64,000 nucleotides of DNA from Stellaceae bacterium (GCA_036008325.1 DASYNW010000199.1:607-64606), one strand, 5' to 3'. Counted from the first letter of the stretch, positions 23,665-32,594 are shown. Program-made: numbers and translations. Notes: generated by a model from the sequence alone, not told the origin.

Positions 23665-24722
23665 GCGGCGTTCCGTTGCGGAGGGCCGTGGTCCGGCGGC
23701 CAAGGCGGGGCGGCGGTTCGTTCGGCAACGCGCAGCCGCGCTGCCCGGGACCGCGGGTTGCGGGCGATTTCCTCGGCGCGGGGTTTAATCGGGCGGCGGT
23801 GCGGCAGCCAAAAGCTCGGCGCGGCCGCGGCGGCGGGAATGGGGTCGTGGCGCGAGGCGCGCGGCGCCGTGTCGCTGCGCCGCCGCAGGAAGTTCTTGAC
23901 CCGGCGGTCTTCGAGCGAATGGAACGACACGATTGCGAGCCGCCCACCCGGCATCAGCAGCCGCTCGGCCGCCTCCAAACCGCGGTCGAGCTCGCCGAGC
24001 TCGTCGTTGACGGTAATACGCAGCGCTTGAAAGGTCCGCGTCGCGGGGTCGAGCCCGGGCTCAACCCGCGGCACCGCGGTGCGGACCACGCGGGCGAGCT
24101 CATGGGTGCGCTCGATCGGCTGGCGCTGCCGCGCCGCGACGATGGCTCGGGCGATCCGGCGGGCAAAGCGCTCCTCGCCGAAGTCGCGGATCAGCCGGGC
24201 GAGATCGTCTTCGGCAAGGACGGCGACGAGATCGGCGGCGCTCTGTCCGGTTCGGCTCATGCGCATGTCGAGCGGCCCGTCCAAACGAAACGAAAACCCG
24301 CGAGCGGCGCTGTCGAGCTGGTTCGAAGAGACGCCGAGATCAAGCGCGATGCCGGCGATCGGCCCCGGCGCCATCGGCCCGAGCGCGGCCGGCGTCAACA
24401 GCCGCTCCATGTCGCCGAAACCTCCTTCGACGACGGCGAGCCGGCCGCCTTGGCCGCATGCCAGCTCACGGGCGCGCCGCACCGCATCGGGGTCGCGGTC
24501 GATTGCGGCGACGCAGCAGTCAGCCGCGGCGAGCAGTGCCCGCGTGTAACCTCCGGCGCCAAATGTGCCGTCGACATAGAGCCCACCGTCGCGCGGCGAC
24601 AACGCGTCGACGACGGCCGCCACCAGCACCGGCACGTGCCCACAACCGCCATCGGCGGCGTTGTCGGCGCGCCCCGGCACGGCCGCCGGCGGCGGTGGAG
24701 GCGGGGCACGGCGCCGCATCAT
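23661..24722 (-). CDS. rsmH: 16S rRNA (cytosine1402-N4)-methyltransferase RsmH (MraW)
   Basis: HVPVLVAAVVDAL, YVDGTFGAGGYTRALL, LDLGVSSNQLD and SFHSLEDRRVK are present. The 617-aa ORF is trimmed to ATG 24722, overlapping the mraZ stop (ATGA). Confidence 0.95.
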   Translation of the reverse strand: MMRRRAPPPPPPAAVPGRADNAADGGCGHVPVLVAAVVDALSPRDGGLYVDGTFGAGGYTRALLAAADCCVAAIDRDPDAVRRARELACGQGGRLAVVEGGFGDMERLLTPAALGPMAPGPIAGIALDLGVSSNQLDSAARGFSFRLDGPLDMRMSRTGQSAADLVAVLAEDDLARLIRDFGEERFARRIARAIVAARQRQPIERTHELARVVRTAVPRVEPGLDPATRTFQALRITVNDELGELDRGLEAAERLLMPGGRLAIVSFHSLEDRRVKNFLRRRSDTAPRASRHDPIPAAAAAPSFWLPHRRPIKPRAEEIARNPRSRAARLRVAERTAAPPWPPDHGPPQRNAA

Positions 24723-25186
24723 TCGCGTCGCCGACCGGGAGCAGCGCCGAGCGGTGGGATCTTGGTCTCCTGCTGGCGGGCGCGTTCGCGCAGACTTTCC
24801 AGATGTACGGCAAAGCGGCCGGGCTCCCAAATTTGAAAGCTCTTGCCGAGGCCGACAAAAGCGGCGCTGTCGGTGATGAAGGCATGCTCGGCCAGATCCG
24901 GCGGCAGGACGATGCGTCCCTCGGTGTCGAAGGGCAGCCGCTGCGAGGAGGCGAACATCAACGCCGCCAAGTTTTCGTGCTCGTCGGAGAATTCCTCGAG
25001 AGTTTCGAGGCGCGCGCTCAGCTCCTCCATCCGGTCGATGCCGTTGCCGTCGATCGCCCGATATCTGTATGACGGAAACGCAACGATCCCGGCAAAGCGC
25101 TGGTCTGCCAGGGAGGCGCGAAAGGTCGCCGGCACCGAAACTCGCCCCTTGCGGTCGACCTTGTTCACGTAAGTGGACAGAAACAT
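24719..25186 (-). CDS. mraZ: Transcriptional regulator MraZ
   Basis: MFLSTYVNKVDRKGRVSVPATFR and a second DTEGRIVLP SpoVT/AbrB-like repeat are present. It is the first gene of the dcw cluster. Confidence 0.95.
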   Translation of the reverse strand: MFLSTYVNKVDRKGRVSVPATFRASLADQRFAGIVAFPSYRYRAIDGNGIDRMEELSARLETLEEFSDEHENLAALMFASSQRLPFDTEGRIVLPPDLAEHAFITDSAAFVGLGKSFQIWEPGRFAVHLESLRERARQQETKIPPLGAAPGRRRE

Positions 25187-25277
25187 GCCACTTCTTCCCC
25201 CAACGCTCCCCACGGACGCTCGGCAAGGGGCGCCCGATAAATGCCGCCGAAGTTCCCCCCATCAGCTGCACCCGTTC

Positions 25278-25322
25278 GTGGGTAGGGATGGGATACCATG
25301 GGTCGCCATGGGCGTCAATGGG
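25278..25322. promoter_or_regulatory. Five phased [A/G]TGGG pentamers (10-bp register): candidate MraZ operator in the mraZ upstream region
   Basis: The plus strand reads GTGGGtagggATGGGataccATGGGtcgccATGGGcgtcaATGGG, 92-136 bp upstream of the mraZ ATG. E. coli MraZ is reported to bind TGGGN direct repeats with 5-nt spacers. A TTGACG hexamer (minus strand, 25313-25318) lies inside the array. Confidence 0.6.
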
Positions 25323-25618
25323 TTTTAGCAATGAAACTTCCGATTTTGTAGCTAGTGTCTTGTCTCCTACCTTGCCACTGCATGTAGTCGTCAGATCGGT
25401 ATCGGCACCCTGGCAGAAAAACTCTCTCGCCATGTTGTCCGCTGCAGCGCGGATCGGATCGGTGGCAGCTCTCGCTTGCGCCGGCTCGGAAAGCCACAGA
25501 GGGTGGCAAGCCAATCGGAGTGCGCATGGCTGGCACCTGCCGGGACCAAGGATCCGCTGCCGAAGCTGGCGATCACGTCGGCGGCGGGAATGTTTTGGAG
25601 CGCGGCGACCAAAAGAAA

Positions 25619-25650
25619 CGGGCGACCTTCATGGCCGCCCGCTCTGTCCC
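25619..25650 (-). terminator. Intrinsic terminator-like hairpin plus U-tract
   Basis: The minus strand reads GGGCGGCC-AUGAA-GGUCGCCC-GUUUCUUUUGG: an 8-bp GC-rich stem with one G-U pair, a 5-nt loop, then a U-rich tail. It lies about 260 nt downstream of the rnpB 3-prime end. Confidence 0.5.
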
Positions 25651-25910
25651 CCCGAGTGTGGCGCGCAGGCTCGGCAAAATCGCCCGCAGAGGCGCCGCCG
25701 ATCGTCGGGCCGCAGCCGCGAGGACCAGCGTCACGACCACACGCTGCGAGCTTAGACGCATGAGGTCGGGCGGCAACCGCGCAATCGGCGATCCACAACG
25801 TTTTCCCCAACAAAGCGCAGTTATCCCCCGTCGGTGCGCCGAATCGCTCACTCCCGAAGCAGCTGACGCCGCCATGGCGGCGGCCCGTAGCGCGGTACGG
25901 CGAAAAAGCG

Positions 25911-26352
25911 CGGCACCAGACGGCGCGTAAGCCGGGTTCTGTACCGCCCCCGGCCCCTCACCGGGTTCGGGTGCAGTGACGGCCATTCCTCTGGGACGCC
26001 CGTTGCCGGACGCCTCGTGCAACCGACCCGAGCGGCGGCGCGAAGGTCCGCCCGGCGCCGCCGGATCGCTCCCCGCAGGGATCGACCGGCGACGCCTGCC
26101 GCTCCTACTTGGTCTTGCTCCCGGTGGGGTTTTCCATGCCGCCGCCGTTGCCGGCGGCGCGGTGCGCTCTTACCGCACCATTTCACCCTTGCCGCCCGCC
26201 GGGCAAGCCGGAACGGGCTCGGCGGTATCCTTTCTGTGGCACTATCCCTGGGGTCGCCCCCGCCGGGGGTTACCCGGCACCGTACCTCCGTGGAGCCCGG
26301 ACTTTCCTCTCCCCGCTGAGGGCGGAGAGCGGCCGCCCGGCCGTCTGGCGCC
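25911..26352 (-). ncRNA. rnpB: RNase P RNA, bacterial type A
   Basis: The minus strand contains GAGAGGAAAGUCCGGGCUCCA, GGUGCCGGGUAAC, CACAGAAA, GGGUGAAAUGGUGCGGUAAGAGCGCACC, GAGCAAGACCAAGUAGG, AGAGGAAUGGCCGUC and ACAGAACCCGGCUUA. A P1 helix forms between the 5-prime GGCGCCAGACGGC and the 3-prime GCCGUCUGGUGCC. The ends are approximate (+/- 5 nt). Confidence 0.95.
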
Positions 26353-26355
26353 ACC

Positions 26356-26385
26356 TAGATTTGGGCCGGGGCGCGGCTTTGTCAA
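26356..26385 (-). promoter_or_regulatory. Candidate sigma-70 promoter for rnpB
   Basis: The minus strand reads TTGACA-N18-AATCTA, with the -10 element ending about 5 nt before the predicted mature 5-prime end (GGCGCC...). Confidence 0.4.
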
Positions 26386-26427
26386 AGGCGACGATGGCTT
26401 TGCAATCGCGCTTCTCGACCGATCGCC

Positions 26428-27384
26428 TCAGGGGCTCGCGGCAACCCCGACCGACGCGGCAAACTCCTTTTTGACGTTTCCGGCGAACAGCGGGTTGACG
26501 AGATTGGTGGTGCGGCCGGCGGTCGCGTCGATCGCTGTCGGGCAGGCCATATAAGGCGAGATGAAGGTGTTGTGCGCGGCGTTGCGGGCGTCGATCAGCA
26601 GGCAGGTCGGTGCGACTTCGAGGTCCATCGCGTCGATCGTGTTGGCAAAGCTGTAGCCGTTCTCGATCAGCATCGCCGCCCCGCCTGTGCCGGCGGCCGA
26701 GCCGGCGCCGCTGAGCCGGGAGATTTGCGTTTGCTCGAGCGCGATCCCGGCTGCGCCACCCGCAGAATCGGCGACGGCGAAGATTTCGGAGTTCAGCACG
26801 TAATTGAGCTGCAGCCCGCCGGCGCGCGCTCCGGTGCTGGCGTTGTTGACGATCAGATGATCGATCTTCAGCGAATTCTGCGCGTCCGAGAAATCATCGC
26901 GGCCGATGACCACGGCATAGCCGTCGGTGCGGGCATTGACGAACAGTGTGCCCTGCTCATTGAAATAAAAGCAGCCCTTCGGCGCAATCGGGGTGCCGCC
27001 GGAACACAGGATTTCGAGCACCGGTTGCGAGGACATTGTGCGGCCATCGAGGATCGCGCCCATCGAGATCAGGCGAAATCCGGTATCCGAGCGGATCCTG
27101 TAGTCGATGACTAAAGGCCGCGTCAGTTTGAACGTGCCGTGCGGAAGCAATAAGGGCTGGTCGGAGGCGAGCGCCACGGCCAGCGCCCGGTCGATCGCGG
27201 CGGTATCATCGGCACTGCCGTTCCCGGCGGCTCCGTAGCAGCGCACATCGATCCAGGTTGCGGCGGCGGTGCAGGCAGACGCGCCGACCGATGCCGGACT
27301 GGCCCCGCGGGCTTCGCTGGGCGATGACAGCGCCGTCCCGAACAAAAAGAGAACAAAATAGGCGATAATCTGCCGGTGGTCCAT
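26428..27384 (-). CDS. Secreted right-handed beta-helix protein (pectate lyase superfamily / GH28-related)
   Basis: A signal peptide (MDHRQIIAYFVLFLFGTALSSPSEA) is followed by the DVRCYGAAGNGSADDTAAIDRAL motif typical of Pectate_lyase_3-type proteins. ATG 27384 is preceded by GAGGGG. Confidence 0.75.
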   Translation of the reverse strand: MDHRQIIAYFVLFLFGTALSSPSEARGASPASVGASACTAAATWIDVRCYGAAGNGSADDTAAIDRALAVALASDQPLLLPHGTFKLTRPLVIDYRIRSDTGFRLISMGAILDGRTMSSQPVLEILCSGGTPIAPKGCFYFNEQGTLFVNARTDGYAVVIGRDDFSDAQNSLKIDHLIVNNASTGARAGGLQLNYVLNSEIFAVADSAGGAAGIALEQTQISRLSGAGSAAGTGGAAMLIENGYSFANTIDAMDLEVAPTCLLIDARNAAHNTFISPYMACPTAIDATAGRTTNLVNPLFAGNVKKEFAASVGVAASP

Positions 27385-27575
27385 GAGTTTCCCCTCTTTT
27401 TGCGGGATCCGCTCGTTCACCCTACGCAGGGTTATATCTCAGGCGTTCATGTTCTGTCTCCAAAAATCTCGCTATCATGGTAAACATTTCGGGCACTCCT
27501 AAAAACGAGCAATTTGGGACAACTGGGAGGAGGGCTTAATCCGAATTTTCCGGCGAGCGAGCGACCTTTCGCAGG

Positions 27576-28505
27576 TCAACGCCGTTTCAGCGCGTTGAGA
27601 AGGCCGTGCGAGAGGATACCGGAGAGAATAAGGCCGGCGCCGATCAACCGAGCCATCGTTAATTTCTCTCCTAATGCGAGCACGCCGATCAGGATCACAG
27701 TCAAGAGCTCGCAATTGGCGATGACCGCATAGCTGGCGGGGCCAAGCCGAGGCACGCTGTAGGAAAAGAGGGTGACGGTCAGCGCGCCCGGCCCCAAGGC
27801 AATCAGCAAAACCAGGAGCCAGGTGCTCGCCCTCGCCGGGACATCGAGGCCGAGATAGAGGCTGGCGCCGGCAAAGCTCGCGGCCAGCCCGAGATAGAGA
27901 AAGACCGCGCCGATCAGCGGCGGGTGCGGCCGCATCAGCACCGAATTGGCAGCGAGATAGAGCGCGTAGATCAATGGCGACGGCAGGATCCACGCGAGCC
28001 CGCGCGGGTCGATGCCGCCGCCGTGCAGCCCCGGCAGCGCAACCAGCCCGGCGCCTAAGAGGATCATCGCGACGCACAGCGCCGCCCGCCAGCGGATCGG
28101 GCGCTTGAAGATCAGCCGGTCGAGCCCCAAGGTCAGCGCCGGGTAGGTGTAAAATAAGAGGATCGCGATGCTGGTGTCGATTGTGTGCAGACTCTCCCAG
28201 AAACACAGGGTCTGTCCGGCCCCGAGCGTCGCCCCGACCAAGCTGATCCGCCATGCGCCGCCGCGCAGCGCCGCGCGGAAACCGTGCCGCGCCGCCGCCG
28301 CCGCGGTCAACGGCACCAGCGCCAAGCCATAGCGCCACACCAGCATCGAGGGGGCGCTGATCCCGGCCTTGTAGAGTTGCAAGGCGATCAGCGGCATGAA
28401 GCCGACCAACACGCTGCCGGTCACCGCAGCCAGCGCCGCCGGCCACTGGAGCGCCGGCCTTAGGCTGACTGCGGTAATTTCCGTCGGGGAGCCCGAAGCG
28501 CTCAT
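27576..28505 (-). CDS. EamA/DMT-family transporter
   Basis: A 10-TM-like hydrophobic profile with two EamA-type halves (LLFYTYPALTL..., PLIYALYLAANSV..., VIANCELLTVILIGVLALGEKLT). Confidence 0.85.
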   Translation of the reverse strand: MSASGSPTEITAVSLRPALQWPAALAAVTGSVLVGFMPLIALQLYKAGISAPSMLVWRYGLALVPLTAAAAARHGFRAALRGGAWRISLVGATLGAGQTLCFWESLHTIDTSIAILLFYTYPALTLGLDRLIFKRPIRWRAALCVAMILLGAGLVALPGLHGGGIDPRGLAWILPSPLIYALYLAANSVLMRPHPPLIGAVFLYLGLAASFAGASLYLGLDVPARASTWLLVLLIALGPGALTVTLFSYSVPRLGPASYAVIANCELLTVILIGVLALGEKLTMARLIGAGLILSGILSHGLLNALKRR

Positions 28506-28691
28506 CGACCCGGTGTGCGTCGGCTCAACCGCGAGTGTCCACCGCCGATGTCAGGGTCGCGGCTGCGGCTCGCCGCGGCCATGCCGAGCCAGCCTTCGAT
28601 GAAAGCTTTCGCCGCCGGGCCGCCGCGCGTTCGCCGCCGCCCCGCACCTTATTCTCCGGCTCATCGGCGTCATCCGTGGCGCGGCTTTGCC

Positions 28692-29843
28692 TCATTCGCC
28701 CGGCCGCTCGTACCACACGCGCCCGTCCTTGATCGTCACCTGGGCGAGCAGGCGGCGCTTGGCGGCGACGGTGTTGCCGTCGCTGTCGCGCAACGGGAAA
28801 TTGCCGTCGCGCAATTCGAACACGGCGATGTCGGCGTTGGCGCCGGGCGCGAGCGTGCCGACCGTGCCCTCATAGCCGAGGATCTTGGCCGGCGCCGCGG
28901 TCGCGCGACTGACGACATCGTCGAGCGACATGCCGAAATGCAAGAGTTTCGACATCGTCGTCGGCAGGTCCCATGCCGGCCCCTGGGTGGCGCTGGTGAA
29001 GGTCAGGTCGGTCGATATCGTATCGGGCAGAAAGCCCTGGTCGAGCGCCTTCTCGATCAGCGGAAAACTGAAATGGTTTCGGCCATGTGCGCAGTCGAAG
29101 ATGATGCCGTGGCGCTGGGCCTCGACGACTTCCTTCAGCACCAATTGCTTTTCCTGGCCCATGATGCCGTGGGCGCGGCCGTGATAGCAGTGGGTGACGA
29201 TGTCGCCGGGCTTCATGTGGGCGAGCAATTCGGGCAACGGGATCGGAGAATCGGTGATGTGCATCATCATCGGCACGCCGCCGGCCATATCCGCGGTCCG
29301 GCGCGCCAGCTTGACCGGCTCGGTGCTGTATTCCCAAACGAGGCCCGGCCCGTAGCGCAGCTTGACGCCGATCGCCAAGTCGGGGTTTTCGCTGATCGTC
29401 CGGGCGCAGCCCTCGGGGTCGGCATAGGGGAAATGCGCCAATTCGCCGCCCCGCGCGGTGCCGACGATGCCGATCGCCGACAGGTTGACAAAGGCGCGGG
29501 TGCGGGTGCGCACCTCGCGGTCGATCACCTGGCGCAGCCCGGCAAAGGTGGCCGAGCCGGTGCTGCCGGCGTCGCACAGGGTGGTGACCCCGCTCGCCCG
29601 GCAGAAGCGGTCGGTGTCGCCGGCCATATCGTGCGCGTTGACAAAGATATGGGCGTGGATGTCGATCAGCCCCGGCGTCACCAGCCGGCCCTTGGCGCTG
29701 ATCGTGCGGCGCGCCTCCGCCGGGGGTAGCGACGGCGCCACCGCGACGATCTTGCCGCCGGCGATGCCGATATCCATGACTTCGCGCAAACCGGCGGCCG
29801 GATCGAGCACATCGCCACCCGTCAGCAGAAGATCGAATTTCAT
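28692..29843 (-). CDS. Amidohydrolase/deacetylase-family metallohydrolase (dihydroorotase-like fold)
   Basis: MKFDLLLTGGDVLDP...GRLVTPGLIDIHAHIF carries the HxH metal motif. It is about 383 aa from ATG 29843, which is preceded by AAAGGGG. Confidence 0.85.
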   Translation of the reverse strand: MKFDLLLTGGDVLDPAAGLREVMDIGIAGGKIVAVAPSLPPAEARRTISAKGRLVTPGLIDIHAHIFVNAHDMAGDTDRFCRASGVTTLCDAGSTGSATFAGLRQVIDREVRTRTRAFVNLSAIGIVGTARGGELAHFPYADPEGCARTISENPDLAIGVKLRYGPGLVWEYSTEPVKLARRTADMAGGVPMMMHITDSPIPLPELLAHMKPGDIVTHCYHGRAHGIMGQEKQLVLKEVVEAQRHGIIFDCAHGRNHFSFPLIEKALDQGFLPDTISTDLTFTSATQGPAWDLPTTMSKLLHFGMSLDDVVSRATAAPAKILGYEGTVGTLAPGANADIAVFELRDGNFPLRDSDGNTVAAKRRLLAQVTIKDGRVWYERPGE

Positions 29844-30017
29844 CGCCGCCCCTTTCGCTTCCACGGATGCGGCATGGTCCGCCATCGGTGCGGTGCTGGC
29901 AACCCCAACCGGCGCCGGTGCGCAGGCCAGCGTCGCGACGCGCGCAGCCCCTCTTGCATTGTCCTGGTGCACCTGCCCGCCCTAAACTCGGGCCTTTGCC
30001 CAAGGTGGAGGCACGGT

Positions 30018-31520
30018 TTGGATCAGGCCCTTGCTCAGCAGCACCGGCCCACGGTCGTCGTTCCACGCCGCGGCATGGTGTTGATGGCGGCGCTGATCGC
30101 GACCTTCATGGCCGCGGTCGAAAGCACTATCATCGCCACCGCGATGCCGACGATCGTTGGCGATCTCGGAGGGTTTCGGCTGTTCAGCTGGGTGTTCGCC
30201 GCCTATCTCTTAACGATGGCGGTGTCCGTGCCGATCTATGGCCGGCTCGCCGACATCTACGGCCGCAAGCGGATCTTTTTTGTCGGCACCGGCATCTTTC
30301 TGGTCGGCACCACGCTCTGCGGCTTTGCCCGCACGATGGTCATGCTGGTGATCTTCCGCGCCATACAGGGGATCGGCGCCGGCGCGATCCAGCCGATCGC
30401 CAGCACCGTCATCGGCGATATCTATACCCCGGCCGAGCGCGCCCGGGTGCAAGGCTATCTATCAAGCGTGTTCGGGGTTTCGGCGATCATCGGCCCGGCG
30501 CTCGGCGCCTTTATCGTTGATCACATGCATTGGGCGTTGGTGTTCTGGATCAACCTGCCGATCGGCGCGATCGCGATTGCCATGTTCGCTATTTATCTAC
30601 CTGAGCGGGTCGAGAGGCGCCAGCATCGCATCGATTATCTGGGCGCCATCCTGCTAGTCGTCGGCGTCGGCGCCCCGATGCTGGCCCTGGTCCAAGCGCG
30701 CACTCTCGGCGGCGGCGACATCGCCTCCCTGATCGGGCTCGGCGTGGCGACCTTGCTCGCTCTCTTCGTGCACGAGGCGCGCGCGCCGGAGCCGATGGTG
30801 CCGTTCCAGCTGTGGCGCAACCGGGTCATAGCGCTGGCCAATTTCGGCATCTTCGGCACCGGGTCGACGATGATGGCGGTCAGCGCCTTTCTGCCGACCT
30901 ATGTGCAGGGGGTGATGGGCCGCAGCCCGGCGATTGCCGGGCTGGTGCTCGGCTGCATGTCGGTCAGCTGGATGTTCGCCTCGTTCGCGGCTGGCCGGCT
31001 GATGATCCGCACCTCCTACCGCCTTGCGGCAGCCTTGGGTGGCGTGGCGTTGGCGATCGGCGCGGCGATGCTGAGCCAGATGCAGCCTTCGAGCGGCATC
31101 CTTTGGGCGGCGGCGGGCTCGCTGGTCATGGGCGTCGGCATGGGCGCCTGCAACACCGCCTTTCTGGTGTCGATCCAGGCGAGCGTCGGCTGGGGCGAGC
31201 GCGGTGTGGCCACCGGCGCCAACATGTTCATGCGCATCATCGGCCAGTCCTTTGGCGCCGCGCTCGGCGGCGCTGTCCTCAATTTTGGCGTTTTCCGTCG
31301 CGTGCCCGATGCGGCGGACGCGGTCAACCGGTTGCTGGAGCCGGCGTTGCGCCAAGGTCTCGGCGCGGCCGAGATCACGCGATTGACCGACGCGGTCGCC
31401 GCCTCGCTGCACGAGGTTTATCTGATCGCGATCCTGCTCGCGGTCCTGACCTTTGTCGCCGCGTTGGGCTTTCCGGCGCATTTGAGCCCGGTCCGTCCGG
31501 CGGCGCCAGCCGCGCGTTGA
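30018..31520 (+). CDS. MFS transporter (DHA2-like, 14-TM drug/H+ antiporter type)
   Basis: LMAALIATFMAAVESTIIATAMPTIVGDLGG and YGRLADIYGRKRIFF (MFS motif A region) are present. I chose TTG 30018 because GGAGG lies 7 nt upstream. ATG 30075 is an alternative. Confidence 0.85.
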   Translation: MDQALAQQHRPTVVVPRRGMVLMAALIATFMAAVESTIIATAMPTIVGDLGGFRLFSWVFAAYLLTMAVSVPIYGRLADIYGRKRIFFVGTGIFLVGTTLCGFARTMVMLVIFRAIQGIGAGAIQPIASTVIGDIYTPAERARVQGYLSSVFGVSAIIGPALGAFIVDHMHWALVFWINLPIGAIAIAMFAIYLPERVERRQHRIDYLGAILLVVGVGAPMLALVQARTLGGGDIASLIGLGVATLLALFVHEARAPEPMVPFQLWRNRVIALANFGIFGTGSTMMAVSAFLPTYVQGVMGRSPAIAGLVLGCMSVSWMFASFAAGRLMIRTSYRLAAALGGVALAIGAAMLSQMQPSSGILWAAAGSLVMGVGMGACNTAFLVSIQASVGWGERGVATGANMFMRIIGQSFGAALGGAVLNFGVFRRVPDAADAVNRLLEPALRQGLGAAEITRLTDAVAASLHEVYLIAILLAVLTFVAALGFPAHLSPVRPAAPAAR

Positions 31521-31544
31521 GTGGTCGCCCGATTGCCCTATAAT
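31517..31544 (+). promoter_or_regulatory. Candidate sigma-70 promoter (TTGAGT-N16-TATAAT) for the NHL-repeat gene
   Basis: Read directly. It overlaps the MFS stop, and the -10 element ends 33 nt before ATG 31577. Confidence 0.45.
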
Positions 31545-31576
31545 CGCGGCAAATCCTTGGGAATGGAGGAAGCGCC

Positions 31577-32542
31577 ATGACGGTCATTCTGGGGACGGAC
31601 GGCTACCGCTACGAGGTCGTCGACGATTGGGCCAAATTGCCCGAGGGCTGGAAGTGGGACGCCGACGTCGCCGCGGTCGGGGTCGACCGGCACGACAACG
31701 TCTATGCCTTCAGCCGCGGCGCGCACCCGATGATGGTGTTCGACCGCAACGGCAACTTCTTGCGCTCGTGGGGCGAAGGCGTCTTTCATCGACCGCATGG
31801 CGTCCACATGGCCGCCGATGACACGGTGTTTCTGACCGATGACGGCGATCACACGGTGCGCAAATGCACGCTCGAGGGTAGGGTGCTCTTAACCCTCGGC
31901 GTCGCCGGCAAGCCCGCGCCCTATATGAGCGGCGAGCCGTTTCATCGTTGCACCCACACGGCGCTGTCGCCGCAGGGCGAGATCTACGTCTCCGACGGCT
32001 ACGGCAATTCGCGTGTTCACAAATATTCGCCCGACGGCAATTTGCAGATGGCGTGGGGCGAGCCCGGCACCGACCCCGGCCAGTTCAACATCCCGCACAA
32101 TGTGTGTTGCGATCCCGATGGCTGGGTCTATGTCGCCGACCGCGAAAACCATCGCATCCAGGTGTTCGACGGCAACGGCAAATACGAGGCGCAGTGGAAC
32201 AATATGCACCGGCCGTCCGGGCTTTACATGGAGAGCGGGACCAAGACGCCGCGCTTTTACATCGGCGAGATCGGCGGCGGCATGGGCGTCAATTATGATC
32301 TGCCGAATATCGGGCCGCGGGTCAGCATCTATTCGCACACGGGCGAGATGCTGGCGCGGCTCGGCACCCGCCCGGCCGGGCTCGAACCCGGCCAATTCAT
32401 GTCGCCGCACGGCCTCGCCGTCGATTCGCGCGGTGACATCTATGTCGGCGAGGTGTCATTCACGAATTGGGGCAACCGCTACCGCGGGGAGGGCTTCCCG
32501 CCCGGCCTGCGCGCCCTGCAAAAGCTGGTCAAGGTCGATTGA
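31577..32542 (+). CDS. NHL-repeat six-bladed beta-propeller protein (peptidyl-alpha-hydroxyglycine alpha-amidating lyase-like)
   Basis: Repeated blades are visible: HGVHMAADDTVFLTDDGDHTVRK, GEIYVSDGYGNSRVHKYSPDG, PHNVCCDPDGWVYVADRENHRIQVFD, PHGLAVDSRGDIYVGE. GGAGGA lies 6 nt upstream of the ATG. Confidence 0.85.
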   Translation: MTVILGTDGYRYEVVDDWAKLPEGWKWDADVAAVGVDRHDNVYAFSRGAHPMMVFDRNGNFLRSWGEGVFHRPHGVHMAADDTVFLTDDGDHTVRKCTLEGRVLLTLGVAGKPAPYMSGEPFHRCTHTALSPQGEIYVSDGYGNSRVHKYSPDGNLQMAWGEPGTDPGQFNIPHNVCCDPDGWVYVADRENHRIQVFDGNGKYEAQWNNMHRPSGLYMESGTKTPRFYIGEIGGGMGVNYDLPNIGPRVSIYSHTGEMLARLGTRPAGLEPGQFMSPHGLAVDSRGDIYVGEVSFTNWGNRYRGEGFPPGLRALQKLVKVD

Positions 32543-32594
32543 TTTAGGCTCGCCGCCTGGCGCCACGGCCGGGAAAAGCGCCTAGGGCTGCGCC

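Noticed and set aside
25573-26022. Possible small protein (MRLSSQRVVVTLVLAAAARR..., 62 aa) just downstream of rnpB
   Set aside because: There is no RBS, the frame reads through the terminator hairpin, and the composition is unconvincing. I treated the region as non-coding or a possible sRNA.
25848-26554. ORFs 25848..26354 (-), 25976..26554 (+), 26017..26319 (+) and 26109..26474 (+)
   Set aside because: They lie over the RNase P RNA gene, whose conserved type-A motifs and P1 pairing explain the sequence.
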